Assembly (NCBI GenBank): GCA_937895785.1
Contig: CALBKW010000070.1
Coordinates: forward strand, 1 to 52,491
DNA length: 52,491 nucleotides
Source: an uncultured Candidatus Melainabacteria bacterium
Lineage (GTDB): Bacteria > Cyanobacteriota > Vampirovibrionia > Gastranaerophilales > Gastranaerophilaceae
Direction of reading: 5' to 3'
A model generated the notes under the pieces. The model saw nothing but the letters and a program-made list of their open reading frames with translations, had not been told where the DNA came from and ran no database searches. Both the position numbers and the translations under genes were made by a program. Shown here in pieces: positions 16,452-25,894 of the stretch (within the stretch, counting starts at the first letter, position 1; each line of letters starts with the position of its first letter).

Positions 16452-18572
16452 ATGATTAAATTTAACTATAAACTTTGTGGAGTATGCATAGTTTTAGCAA
16501 TAATCGCAATAATGACTAAATCATTTGCTTTTGCAGCAAATGATTTCTTGGCGTATGTTAATCCGTCATCAAATGTAAAACCTGTATTGAGAAACAATAC
16601 AGCATCATCTCAAATGAGTTTATATGGTGACACAAGAATTACAAAGTCAAATGCAAAAGTTACATTAAGTTTAAAAAATTCCGATGTTCAACCCGTTTTG
16701 AGAATGTTTGCTGATAAAGCAGGTTTAAATATTGTATTCCACGAATCAGCAAAAGGTAGTGTTACTCTTGATTTGGTAAACGTACCTTTGAACGATGCGT
16801 TTAGAATGGTGTTACAAATTACAAACTTGACTTATTATTTAGATGGCAAAACTTTAGTTGTATCATCTTCTGATTTTGCCCGTTCAACAGGTTGGTCAAA
16901 ACAAACAATGACAACAATCCCTGTTAACTATGTTGATGCTGCAATGATTGCAAACTTCTTAAATCAAAATATATTTTCTAAAAACACTCCAGGTTTATCA
17001 AATTGGGATGTAGTAGTAACAAATGCAGTAGCCAATGAATTGTTAGTATTTGGTACTCCAAATGATGTTTCAATGGCTAAGAAAATTGTTGCTAAATTTG
17101 ATGTTCCACCAATTACAACAACATATACTTTAAAACATACAACTCCAGCTGAAATGGCGACATTAGTTTGTAATATGTTGAGAATGATTAATGGTGAAAC
17201 TGATGTTCAATCAGAAGCACAATCATGGGGTGAAGCTGCAAAAAATCAACAAGGTGGTGCTAATAACCAAAGACAAGGTGGTGCACAAGCTCAAAGAGGT
17301 GGTGCTACTGGTTTTGCTGCAAATATCCCATCTCAAAGAAAATTATTTGATTTTAGTAGCTTCCGTGGTAAAGGTGGTGTAGTAACAGGTTTTGCATCAT
17401 CTAGCGGTGGTTCAAGTGGTGGATCTTCATCAAGTGGTGGTTCTTCATCAGGTAGTGGTAGTTCAGGTTCTGGATTAAGCTTAGGTACAAATGTTGTAGC
17501 TTGTTCTGTAGACAAAGATGGTGTAACTACAGGTATTGAAGATTCTTCAGACTCATCTAGTAATGATAATAGTAGTAATAGTAGTAGCAGTTCAAATTCT
17601 AAAAATTCTGGTTCAACAAGCGCAAGTGATAGTATCAGAATGAGATCATTTGGTGACTTAAAAATGATTGTAAGCTACTTCCCACAAAGAGGTACTGTTC
17701 AAGTTACTGGTGGTTCAAAATCACAATTAAAGTTAATCAGTGATTTTATTAAAGAACAAGATGTTAAAATTCCTCAAGCATATCTAGATATTTCAGTTCT
17801 TGAATTATCAGAAGACGGTACAAAAACATTCTCAAATAGCTGGGGTATTGGTTCTCCAAACTTTGTAGCAGCGTTCTCAGGTCCTGATGGTACAACCGAT
17901 GTTGATCCGATTACATTTGGTCCTCAAAATAATCAATTTGCTAATTCTTATCCATCAATCAACGTTTATTGGTATATCAATTATGTTATTTTGAATAAAA
18001 AAGGTCGTGTAGTTGCAAATCCAAAAATTATGTTAACAAGCGGTCAACAATCTACAATTGACTTAACCGAAGATTATGTAGAAAAAGTAACTGCTGAAAT
18101 TATTACATCTTCAAGTGGTTCGGCTTCAGGCGTACAAAGAACTTATGATATTGGTAACGATATGGGCTTGCAATTTACAATCGTACCTTTCATCAGTCCA
18201 GACGGATATGTATCATTGAACATTGATGCTTCTTATAAAACATTAAAAGACCAACAAAAAGCTCAATTGGTTCAAGACGGTGTAACTGCAGAAGAACTTG
18301 TTGCAACATTATTAAATAACCGTTCAATTAACTTAAAGAACGTACGTATTAAAGACGGCGAAACTTTAGTTATTGGTGGTTTAATGAAAGAAAATGAATC
18401 AAAGAACGTAGGTAAAATACCGTTCTTGGGAGATATTCCTGTAATCGGTGTAGTATTCAGAAGTACATCAACACAAAAAACAAAATCAGAAATGCTTATT
18501 ATGTTAACTCCAAAAATCTTGAAGGATGCAGAAGATGTAGGTGTTGATTATAATAACGAAAATGATTTATAG
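16452..18572 (+). CDS. pilQ: Secretin (PilQ/GspD family)
   Basis: Signal peptide. N0/STN-like module (VTLSLKNSDVQPVLRMFADKAGLNIVF..VNVPLNDAF). C-terminal secretin core ..GETLVIGGLMKENESKNVGKIPFLGDIPVIGVVFRSTS..ML IMLTPKIL. SD GGGAGTAAGGA. A GspD assignment is equally possible. Confidence 0.88.
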   Translation: MIKFNYKLCGVCIVLAIIAIMTKSFAFAANDFLAYVNPSSNVKPVLRNNTASSQMSLYGDTRITKSNAKVTLSLKNSDVQPVLRMFADKAGLNIVFHESAKGSVTLDLVNVPLNDAFRMVLQITNLTYYLDGKTLVVSSSDFARSTGWSKQTMTTIPVNYVDAAMIANFLNQNIFSKNTPGLSNWDVVVTNAVANELLVFGTPNDVSMAKKIVAKFDVPPITTTYTLKHTTPAEMATLVCNMLRMINGETDVQSEAQSWGEAAKNQQGGANNQRQGGAQAQRGGATGFAANIPSQRKLFDFSSFRGKGGVVTGFASSSGGSSGGSSSSGGSSSGSGSSGSGLSLGTNVVACSVDKDGVTTGIEDSSDSSSNDNSSNSSSSSNSKNSGSTSASDSIRMRSFGDLKMIVSYFPQRGTVQVTGGSKSQLKLISDFIKEQDVKIPQAYLDISVLELSEDGTKTFSNSWGIGSPNFVAAFSGPDGTTDVDPITFGPQNNQFANSYPSINVYWYINYVILNKKGRVVANPKIMLTSGQQSTIDLTEDYVEKVTAEIITSSSGSASGVQRTYDIGNDMGLQFTIVPFISPDGYVSLNIDASYKTLKDQQKAQLVQDGVTAEELVATLLNNRSINLKNVRIKDGETLVIGGLMKENESKNVGKIPFLGDIPVIGVVFRSTSTQKTKSEMLIMLTPKILKDAEDVGVDYNNENDL

Positions 18573-18586
18573 ACACATAAAAAAAT

Positions 18587-20602
18587 ATGAATGAACAATT
18601 AGTAAAACTAAAGACAAGCATTAATAATGATGTTATTTCGAAGTTCGATTTACAAGTTTTAGAAGATTTGAGATTTGTACCTATCGATATTCAGAATAAC
18701 ACATTATTTGCTGTAATTAGTGCTGATTCAGTCAAAGAAAAAGTGTCTAAATTAGTAATGGATACTTTTCAGTGTAATACGAAATATTATCAGGTATCAC
18801 AACACGAATTTAATGATTTTTTAGTTGGTCTTGTACAAGACATGGTGCCTAATGCACAAGCAATGCCTCATAATGCATCAATGCCTAAAAAGAAAATTGG
18901 TGAAATTTTAATTGAATCTGGTGCGATTACAGATGTTCAATTAATTGAGGCCTTGGCTGAAAGTAAAAAAATGGCAATGCCTTTAGGTTCAACTTTGTAC
19001 TCATTAGGCTTTATTACATTGGAACAATTAAAAGCTGCATTGCATAAACAACAAGGTTATGATGTTGTTACTGCAGAGATGATGAGAAATCAAAGCAAGT
19101 ACATTGCACTATTACCTGAAGATTTCATTAAAGCAAATAAAGTAATTCCACTTACATCTGATGGAAAATCAATCAGTGTAGGTATGGTTGATCCAAGTGA
19201 TACCAATGTTTTAAAAGACATTGTATATTTGACAGGTCAAACTCCAAAAGCGTATTTGATGACTCACATTGAGTTTAATAACGCTATTAACAAATATTTT
19301 TCTACTGCAAAACAAGAAACTCGTAAAATCATGAAAAAACTTGAGCAAGATGCTCAAGCTCTTGATATGGAAGATTCAATTTGGGATCAAATTGAAAAAG
19401 AACTGCAAGATTCATCGGGTACTGTTGCTCAGTTAGTAAACAAAATTATATCAGATGCGATTGATTCTCATGCATCAGATATTCATATTGAACCAAGACT
19501 TTCAAACCACATTGTAAGATACCGTATCGATGGTATTCTAAGAGAGGTAATTGAAATTCCAGCCAAAGTTGAAATGGCTGTAATTACTCGTTTTAAAGTT
19601 TTAGCAAGAATGAACATTGCAGAACACAGAAGACCTCAAGATGGTAGCTTTACTATTAAGATAAAAGGTAAAACTTACGACTTCCGTATTAACGCATTAC
19701 CTGTAAGTGGAAAAGAAAAGATTGTAATCCGTGTACTTGCTCCTCCTGTAAGTTTTGACTCAACAAGGAAAGAGTTAGAAATCGAAGGTGCTACAGAGCA
19801 CGATTTGGAAATTATTAATAAGATGATTGCCTCTCCAAATGGCATTATTTTGACATCAGGTCCAACTGGTTCAGGTAAAACAACAACCTTGTTCTCGTTA
19901 TTGAAAGTATTGAACACAGAAGATGTAAACATTACTACAATTGAAGATCCCGTCGAAATTAAATTGGAAGGTGTTAACCAATCTCAAGTAAATACAAAAG
20001 CTGGTATTACATTTGCGTTTTGTATGAGAGCAATTTTAAGACAAGACCCTGATATTATCCTTGTTGGTGAAATTCGTGACTACGAAACACTAGAGGTAGC
20101 TATCTCTGCTGCCTTAACTGGTCACTTGGTATTAAGTACGGTCCACACAAACTCAGCTTCAGCAACAGTTACTCGTTTGATTGAAATGGGTGCAAAAGAC
20201 TACTTAATTTCTTCAACATTAACTGGTGTAATTGCTCAACGTCTTGTAAGAAAGTTATGCAGATGTAAACAAGAATATTATCCAACTCATGCCGAAGCAG
20301 CTCAAATATTGATGGATGAAGATGATATTCAAAAATTGATGAAAACAAAACTTTATAAGCCTACAGGTTGCCAAGAATGTAACATGACAGGTTATAAAGG
20401 TCGTTTAGGTGTATTTGAAATTTTACCTATAACAAAAGAAATTAAAAAACTTATTTCACAAGGTGCACACGACATTGAGATTGAAGATGCTGCAGTTGCT
20501 TGTGGTATGAAAACCTTAAACCAAGCTTGCTTTGGTCATATTTTGAATGGGGAAACGACAATTGACGAATTTGTCCGTGTATTAGGTCTTGCAAGTGAAT
20601 AG
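18587..20602 (+). CDS. pilB: Type IV pilus/T2SS assembly ATPase (PilB/GspE family)
   Basis: Walker A GPTGSGKTTT, Asp box TIEDPVE, Walker B DIILVGEIRD, His box TGHLVLSTVHTN and a C-terminal Cys cluster (CRCK..CQEC). The N-terminal T2SSE_N/MshEN-like region sits upstream. Confidence 0.93.
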   Translation: MNEQLVKLKTSINNDVISKFDLQVLEDLRFVPIDIQNNTLFAVISADSVKEKVSKLVMDTFQCNTKYYQVSQHEFNDFLVGLVQDMVPNAQAMPHNASMPKKKIGEILIESGAITDVQLIEALAESKKMAMPLGSTLYSLGFITLEQLKAALHKQQGYDVVTAEMMRNQSKYIALLPEDFIKANKVIPLTSDGKSISVGMVDPSDTNVLKDIVYLTGQTPKAYLMTHIEFNNAINKYFSTAKQETRKIMKKLEQDAQALDMEDSIWDQIEKELQDSSGTVAQLVNKIISDAIDSHASDIHIEPRLSNHIVRYRIDGILREVIEIPAKVEMAVITRFKVLARMNIAEHRRPQDGSFTIKIKGKTYDFRINALPVSGKEKIVIRVLAPPVSFDSTRKELEIEGATEHDLEIINKMIASPNGIILTSGPTGSGKTTTLFSLLKVLNTEDVNITTIEDPVEIKLEGVNQSQVNTKAGITFAFCMRAILRQDPDIILVGEIRDYETLEVAISAALTGHLVLSTVHTNSASATVTRLIEMGAKDYLISSTLTGVIAQRLVRKLCRCKQEYYPTHAEAAQILMDEDDIQKLMKTKLYKPTGCQECNMTGYKGRLGVFEILPITKEIKKLISQGAHDIEIEDAAVACGMKTLNQACFGHILNGETTIDEFVRVLGLASE

Positions 20603-20612
20603 AGGTTAATAT

Positions 20613-21818
20613 ATGCCAGTATATAATTATGTAGCTTTAAAAAATAACAAAGACATTGTAAGAGGTAAGGTTGAAGCAGAAAACCACAAAGAAGCGCGTT
20701 CAATCATTCGTAAGATGTCTTTGCTTCCAACTCAAATTTCTGAAGACGTAAAAGCTAGCAGCGGAACAATTGTTGCTAAAAAGCTTCAAAAAATGTCTTT
20801 GCAAGATAAGATTGATTTTACTTCGACTTTCCAAATTCTGGTTCAATCTGGTATTCCTGTAATTGAAGCCTTAATGTTCTTGGAAAATGATGCTGCAAAA
20901 GCAAAATTAAGAAATATCGCAAAAGAATTAAGACGACAAATTATTGCAGGTTCAACTTTCGCAGATACAATTGCAAAATATCCAAAAATCTTTGGTCAGA
21001 TTTATATCGGTCTAGTTAGAGCTGGTGAAGATTCAGGGGAATTGGAAAAAACCTTGGAACGTTTGTTAGAACTTCAAAAGAAAGAAGCTGCAATTAAAGG
21101 TAAAGTAATTGGGACTTTAATGTATCCAGCTTTCGTAATTGTATTGGCAATTGTTATTGTAACAATCATGTTAGTGTTTGTATTCCCAGCATTTAAAGAT
21201 ATGTTTGATAATTTGGGTAAAGAATTGCCTCCAATTACCGCATTTTTGATGAATATCGGTTTGACATTAAGAACTTATTGGATTTTAATTCCAGTAATAT
21301 TTATTTCTTTGGCAGCATCTGTTTATACAGCGTTTGCATGGCAAACTTCAAAACGATTAATAGATAAGTATGTTTTGAAAGTACCTTTACTTTCAGCATT
21401 AATTGAATATTCAAACTTCTCAAACTTCGTTGCGGTAATGCAAGTTGCTTATGAGGCAGGTATTCCAATTATTGACTGTTTATATTTGTCAAATATTACA
21501 TTAACAAACTTTGTACTACAAACAAAATTGACTGAAGCAACGGCGAAAGTACAACAAGGTCAACACTTGTCATTGGCGTTAAGATCTGTTGGTGTTATGC
21601 CTAAGATGATTTTATTTATGATTGCAACAGGTGAACAATCTGGTCGTTTAGGTGATATGTTGTATCAAGCTACAGTCTTTATTGATAAAAAGTTAGATGC
21701 AATTATTGATACATTAACAAAAATGATTGAACCATTAATGTTAATTGTTATTGGTGGTATCGTACTTGTATTGGCGTTAGCTTTGTACTTGCCACTATTC
21801 AGTTCTTACTCAGCATAA
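20613..21818 (+). CDS. pilC: Type IV pilus/T2SS inner-membrane platform protein (PilC/GspF family)
   Basis: 401 aa with two GspF-type repeats (..LVRAGEDSGELEKTLERL.. and ..IATGEQSGRLGDMLYQ..) and three hydrophobic helices. Confidence 0.92.
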   Translation: MPVYNYVALKNNKDIVRGKVEAENHKEARSIIRKMSLLPTQISEDVKASSGTIVAKKLQKMSLQDKIDFTSTFQILVQSGIPVIEALMFLENDAAKAKLRNIAKELRRQIIAGSTFADTIAKYPKIFGQIYIGLVRAGEDSGELEKTLERLLELQKKEAAIKGKVIGTLMYPAFVIVLAIVIVTIMLVFVFPAFKDMFDNLGKELPPITAFLMNIGLTLRTYWILIPVIFISLAASVYTAFAWQTSKRLIDKYVLKVPLLSALIEYSNFSNFVAVMQVAYEAGIPIIDCLYLSNITLTNFVLQTKLTEATAKVQQGQHLSLALRSVGVMPKMILFMIATGEQSGRLGDMLYQATVFIDKKLDAIIDTLTKMIEPLMLIVIGGIVLVLALALYLPLFSSYSA

Positions 21819-21837
21819 AAAATAAAGGATAATAAAA

Positions 21838-22158
21838 ATGGTAGATAGCGAAGAATTTAATATGAATAAATCTAAATCAGTTTCTATGACGGAAGATTTT
21901 ACTTCTGGTGTATGGTCTGAAAAGGTTTTGGTTATAACTCAAGATTACGAAATCAGAGGATATGTGTTTATGCCTAAAACAGGTAAAAAGAACAGAGTTC
22001 TTTCTGATATCTTAAATGGTGTAAAACGTTTCGTAGCAATTAAGGATTGTGAAATTAAGCACAGATTAATTCCAGAAAGAAGAACTGAATATCATAATTT
22101 CTTACAATTAAATTTAAGTTCAATAATTTTATTACGTCCGGTGGCAGATGAAAACTAA
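21838..22158 (+). CDS. Small hypothetical protein, last gene of the pilus-type operon
   Basis: 106-aa ORF, SD AAGGA, 19 nt after pilC. Its stop overlaps the next gene's start by 11 nt. No family recognised. Confidence 0.55.
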   Translation: MVDSEEFNMNKSKSVSMTEDFTSGVWSEKVLVITQDYEIRGYVFMPKTGKKNRVLSDILNGVKRFVAIKDCEIKHRLIPERRTEYHNFLQLNLSSIILLRPVADEN

Positions 22159-22981
22159 GAAAACATACGTCATAACAGGTGCAACATCTGGTATTGGATA
22201 TGAAACACTAAAAGAATTTTCAAAAGAAAATATCGTTTTTGCAGGGTATAGAAATTCTAATTTGTTAGACAAATTAACAAACTTAGGTGAGAATGTTATT
22301 CCGTTTTATATTGATATGAATGATGATAATTCTATTATTGAAGCGGGAAAATTTATTGCAAGTAAAACTCAGCATGTAGACACTATGTTTAACATTGCAG
22401 GTTGTGTTGTTGCAGGTGCTATGGAAAATTTAGATGTTAACAAGTTGAGAATGCAGTTTAATGTTAACACATTTTCTCATATTGAATTTACTCAACAGTT
22501 ATTGCACGCAAATTTATTAGAAAATAGTAGAATTATCAATATAAGTTCAATGGCCAGTTTTGCTGTATTTCCTTATGTTGCACCTTATTGTGCATCAAAA
22601 AGAGCATTAGATATATTGTTTAACATAATGCAAGTTGAATATGGTGACAAGATTAAAGTTATTTCGATAAAACCAGGGGTGATAGCAACTCCATTATGGG
22701 ACAAATCTGTAGAAGGTAATAAAGATACACTTTTGAATGATAAAAAGTACGAAAAAGCCTATAACTATTTAAGAAATAACGCACTCTCTAACGGTAAAAA
22801 TGGTTTGAATGTAAAAGAGGTTATAAAAGTTCTAAAAAAAGCAGATAGGGCAAAACATCCTAAAACGTCTTATACTGTCGGAAAAGATGCTTTTGTTGCG
22901 TCATTTTTTTCAAAATTACCACAGGCTCTAATTAATAAAATTTTGAGAATTGGCATAAAGCTAAAAATTTATAATAATTAA
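22148..22981 (+). CDS. Short-chain dehydrogenase/reductase (SDR) family oxidoreductase
   Basis: Cofactor motif TGATSGIGYE and catalytic YCASKRAL. Confidence 0.88.
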   Translation: MKTKKTYVITGATSGIGYETLKEFSKENIVFAGYRNSNLLDKLTNLGENVIPFYIDMNDDNSIIEAGKFIASKTQHVDTMFNIAGCVVAGAMENLDVNKLRMQFNVNTFSHIEFTQQLLHANLLENSRIINISSMASFAVFPYVAPYCASKRALDILFNIMQVEYGDKIKVISIKPGVIATPLWDKSVEGNKDTLLNDKKYEKAYNYLRNNALSNGKNGLNVKEVIKVLKKADRAKHPKTSYTVGKDAFVASFFSKLPQALINKILRIGIKLKIYNN

Positions 22982-23781
22982 AATAAAGGAACAGGTATAA
23001 GATACTTATAAAAATGGTATTCATCAAATGTTTTTGGTAAACCTTCCCAGTATCGGTATATTAATAAACCTTGTTTTTCAAGGTCATAGCCGACTCGTTC
23101 GTCTTGAGTGTAGTAAGGATATACAAAAGGGATTTCACCGTCTTCAAGTCTAAATCCAAGTTCGTTTTTTGTGCCAAAACGTTGTGCGTATTGGGTAAAA
23201 TTGTTTAGCCTCCAAGTTTTTTCCTGTTCAAAGTTTACAGTACTCATAACTTTCTCAGTTGTTTTGGACATATACATTAAAGGCTGTGCATCTAATCTTA
23301 ATTCATTTTTTACAATTTTTTCGTAATCCATACTTTCATCAACTTCATAATCAGGTGCAGTCTTAAATGGAAAGTCTAAAACTTTTTCCGTATAAAGGTA
23401 TGCACCATCATTTACACCATAATGAGGTTGAAAAAATTTTCTAAGTGATGAAAAAGATGCTATTCCCATTGGTTCAGCAAAAAATGCGTGAGCGTTGTCA
23501 ACAATTAAATTGGTATACTTTTTCGCCAATATTTTAACATTTTTGGTGCAAATACCAAAATAGTTTGGGTACAAAATAAAATCGTCAAACTTAAACTTGC
23601 CAACAGGCATGAAATGTTGGTCAATGTGGTAGTAAGAAATTTTGCAAAATTCTTTTTTTAAAATATTTTTTATACTAGGACAAATATAGTAAGGTATATG
23701 AATTTCAGGTATTTTGTAGGCTCTAATTATATACCTTAGACAATTTCTTGCAGTATTTAACTTTATAAGATGCTTTGGCAA
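22978..23781 (-). CDS. Hypothetical protein, weakly DegT/DnrJ/EryC1-like (PLP aminotransferase fold?)
   Basis: TTG start directly after the pgeF stop, SD GAGGA. Weak pattern matches (ARNCLRYII.., IHIPYYICPS, LIVDNAHAFF, SFSSLRK). The family call is tentative. Confidence 0.4.
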   Translation of the reverse strand: MPKHLIKLNTARNCLRYIIRAYKIPEIHIPYYICPSIKNILKKEFCKISYYHIDQHFMPVGKFKFDDFILYPNYFGICTKNVKILAKKYTNLIVDNAHAFFAEPMGIASFSSLRKFFQPHYGVNDGAYLYTEKVLDFPFKTAPDYEVDESMDYEKIVKNELRLDAQPLMYMSKTTEKVMSTVNFEQEKTWRLNNFTQYAQRFGTKNELGFRLEDGEIPFVYPYYTQDERVGYDLEKQGLLIYRYWEGLPKTFDEYHFYKYLIPVPLF

Positions 23782-24525
23782 TTATCTGTCCTCTAGCTTA
23801 ATAATAGCGCTATGCCTGTTAGTTGTGCCACCTTCTTTTCTATAAGAATAAAACAAATCGTTGTTGCAAGATGTACAATAAGGGCAAACATCAATATATT
23901 TAACACCGATTTCTTCAAGTTGACGTTTGTTGATTTCTTTTAAGTTAACGTATATTTTTCCGTCCTTTATTTCATAAAGTCCTTTGTTATTTTTTACAGA
24001 AACCATACTCATATTGAATACATCTTCTTTTACTTCGTAACAACATACTGAAATAGCTGGACCAATTGCAACACGTACATCTCTGATGTCTGTATCAAAA
24101 TCGTCCATCATTTTTAATATAGTTTTTGTTCCGATTCTTCCAACTGTACCCTTCCAACCTGCATGAATTACTGCTCCAATATTTTGCTTTTTATCGTATG
24201 CAATAAGAGGTGTGCAGTCCGCAAAATTCAAAAATACTGCTTGTTCATGATTAGTTAGAATTAGTGCATCAGCTTCAGGATAAAATGTTTTCCCTAATTC
24301 AGCAACTGCAACTGTATCGGTATGGCGTTGTTCTGGATAGATAAAATTTTCGGGAGTAACACCTAATTCTTCGCAAAACATCTTTCTGTTTTCTTCAACA
24401 ATACTTTGCATTTCCGGTTCTTTTGATTTTATAGGGCATTCTCGAGTTGTAAAGTAATGAGTTAAACCTTCTAAAATGTCAGTTTTCATCACTGTTTTGC
24501 CGTGTAATTTATCTAAATAGAACAT
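23782..24525 (-). CDS. pgeF: Peptidoglycan editing factor PgeF (YfiH/DUF152 laccase-domain protein)
   Basis: Motifs ..QRHTDTV.., ..ADALILT.., ..ADCTPL.., ..IHAGWKGTV... The start may instead be Met13 (24489), since 24525 overlaps the trmFO end by 13 nt. Confidence 0.85.
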   Translation of the reverse strand: MFYLDKLHGKTVMKTDILEGLTHYFTTRECPIKSKEPEMQSIVEENRKMFCEELGVTPENFIYPEQRHTDTVAVAELGKTFYPEADALILTNHEQAVFLNFADCTPLIAYDKKQNIGAVIHAGWKGTVGRIGTKTILKMMDDFDTDIRDVRVAIGPAISVCCYEVKEDVFNMSMVSVKNNKGLYEIKDGKIYVNLKEINKRQLEEIGVKYIDVCPYCTSCNNDLFYSYRKEGGTTNRHSAIIKLEDR

Positions 24526-25826
24526 AAATACTCCTTCAATACTTCAATTGAACGCTTTGACAATAGTTCATTTTTTAATTTCTTATTTTTTCTTTCTTTT
24601 TTAGGTAATTCAATTGGTGTAACAACAGCCCAATTAGAGTTCATAGGCTGAAAATGTTTTAATTCACTTGTAGAAATGTAGTTGCAAAGCGCTCCAAGCA
24701 TAGTTTCTTGCGGTAATTTCATTAATTCTTTACCCTCAAGTTGTCTAGCCATATTTAATCCTGCAAGTAAACCTGTTGCGATAGATTCAGTGTAACCTTC
24801 GACACCAGTAATTTGCCCCGCAAAGAACAAGTTTTCTCGGTTTCTAGTGTTTAATGTTGCATTTAAAATTTGAGGACTGTTTATAAATGTATTTCTGTGC
24901 ATAACACCGTATCGTACGATATTAGCGTTTTCTAGCCCTGGAATAGAATGGATTAATTCTTTTTGAGCCCCCCATTTTAGATTAGTTTGGAAGCCAACAA
25001 GATTAAATAAGCTTTTTGCAGCATCGTCTTGTCTTAGTTGAACTACCGCCCAATTTTCAATTCCTGTCCGTTTGTCAACTAAACCAACAGGTTTCATTGG
25101 ACCAAAACGTAACGTATCAACACCTCTTGATGCTAAAACTTCAACTGGTAAGCAACTTTCAAAGAATTTTGCATTTTTTTCAAACTCTTTCAATTCAATA
25201 CGTTCTGCATTTACAAGTATATCGTAAAATTTTGCATATTGTTCTTTATCCATTGGGCAGTTAATATATGAAGCTTCGCCTTTGTCGTAGCGACTTGCCC
25301 AAAAAGCGATGTCAAAATTAATACTGTCTTTTTCAACAATAGGCGCAATTGCATCAAAAAAGTGCAAGTGATCAGATTTTGTAAATTCTTGAATTTTATT
25401 TGCTAAATTGTCACTTGTTAATGGACCAGATGCAACAATGACAGGCTTATCTGTCGGAATTTCTTTTAATTCTTCTCTAATAAGTTCAATATTTTCATTG
25501 TTTTCGATTAATTCTGTAACTTTTTTGCTGAATCCTACACGGTCAATAGCTAGAGCGTTTCCTGCTGGAACTCTACATTCATTCGCAATTTTAATTAGTT
25601 CTCCGCCTAATTCTTGCATTTCAGCTTTTAATAAACCGCTGGCATTAGTGATATCAGCAGAACCTAGTGAATTTGAGCATACAAATTCTGCACAATTTTC
25701 TGTAACGTGTGCACCAGTTGTTTTTTCTGGACGCATCTCATATAATTTAACTTTGATATTTCTTTTTGCTAGTTGTAATGCGGCTTCTGAGCCTGCAAGT
25801 CCAGCACCAATAATAATTACTTCCAT
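24513..25826 (-). CDS. trmFO: Methylenetetrahydrofolate--tRNA-(uracil54-C5)-methyltransferase
   Basis: MEVIIIGAGLAGSEAALQLAKR..LYEMRP.., ..FFAGQITGVEGYTES... The length (437 aa) and motifs are typical of TrmFO. Confidence 0.9.
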   Translation of the reverse strand: MEVIIIGAGLAGSEAALQLAKRNIKVKLYEMRPEKTTGAHVTENCAEFVCSNSLGSADITNASGLLKAEMQELGGELIKIANECRVPAGNALAIDRVGFSKKVTELIENNENIELIREELKEIPTDKPVIVASGPLTSDNLANKIQEFTKSDHLHFFDAIAPIVEKDSINFDIAFWASRYDKGEASYINCPMDKEQYAKFYDILVNAERIELKEFEKNAKFFESCLPVEVLASRGVDTLRFGPMKPVGLVDKRTGIENWAVVQLRQDDAAKSLFNLVGFQTNLKWGAQKELIHSIPGLENANIVRYGVMHRNTFINSPQILNATLNTRNRENLFFAGQITGVEGYTESIATGLLAGLNMARQLEGKELMKLPQETMLGALCNYISTSELKHFQPMNSNWAVVTPIELPKKERKNKKLKNELLSKRSIEVLKEYLCSI

Positions 25827-25894
25827 AAGATAAGTATAAAATAAAAATATTTGTTGTACAATGGATATAGCGAATTATAAACGTGAGAGTAAAA

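Noticed and set aside
25408-25833. 141-aa ORF on the + strand, plus many 60-110-aa ORFs in the track (e.g. 897-1088, 2727-3147, 6207-6691, 8539-8745, 19675-19932, 28203-28858, 39071-40030, 48621-48917)
   Set aside because: All lie antisense to, or out of frame within, long well-supported genes. They have no SD or recognisable motifs and show the skewed composition expected from shadow frames in AT-rich DNA.
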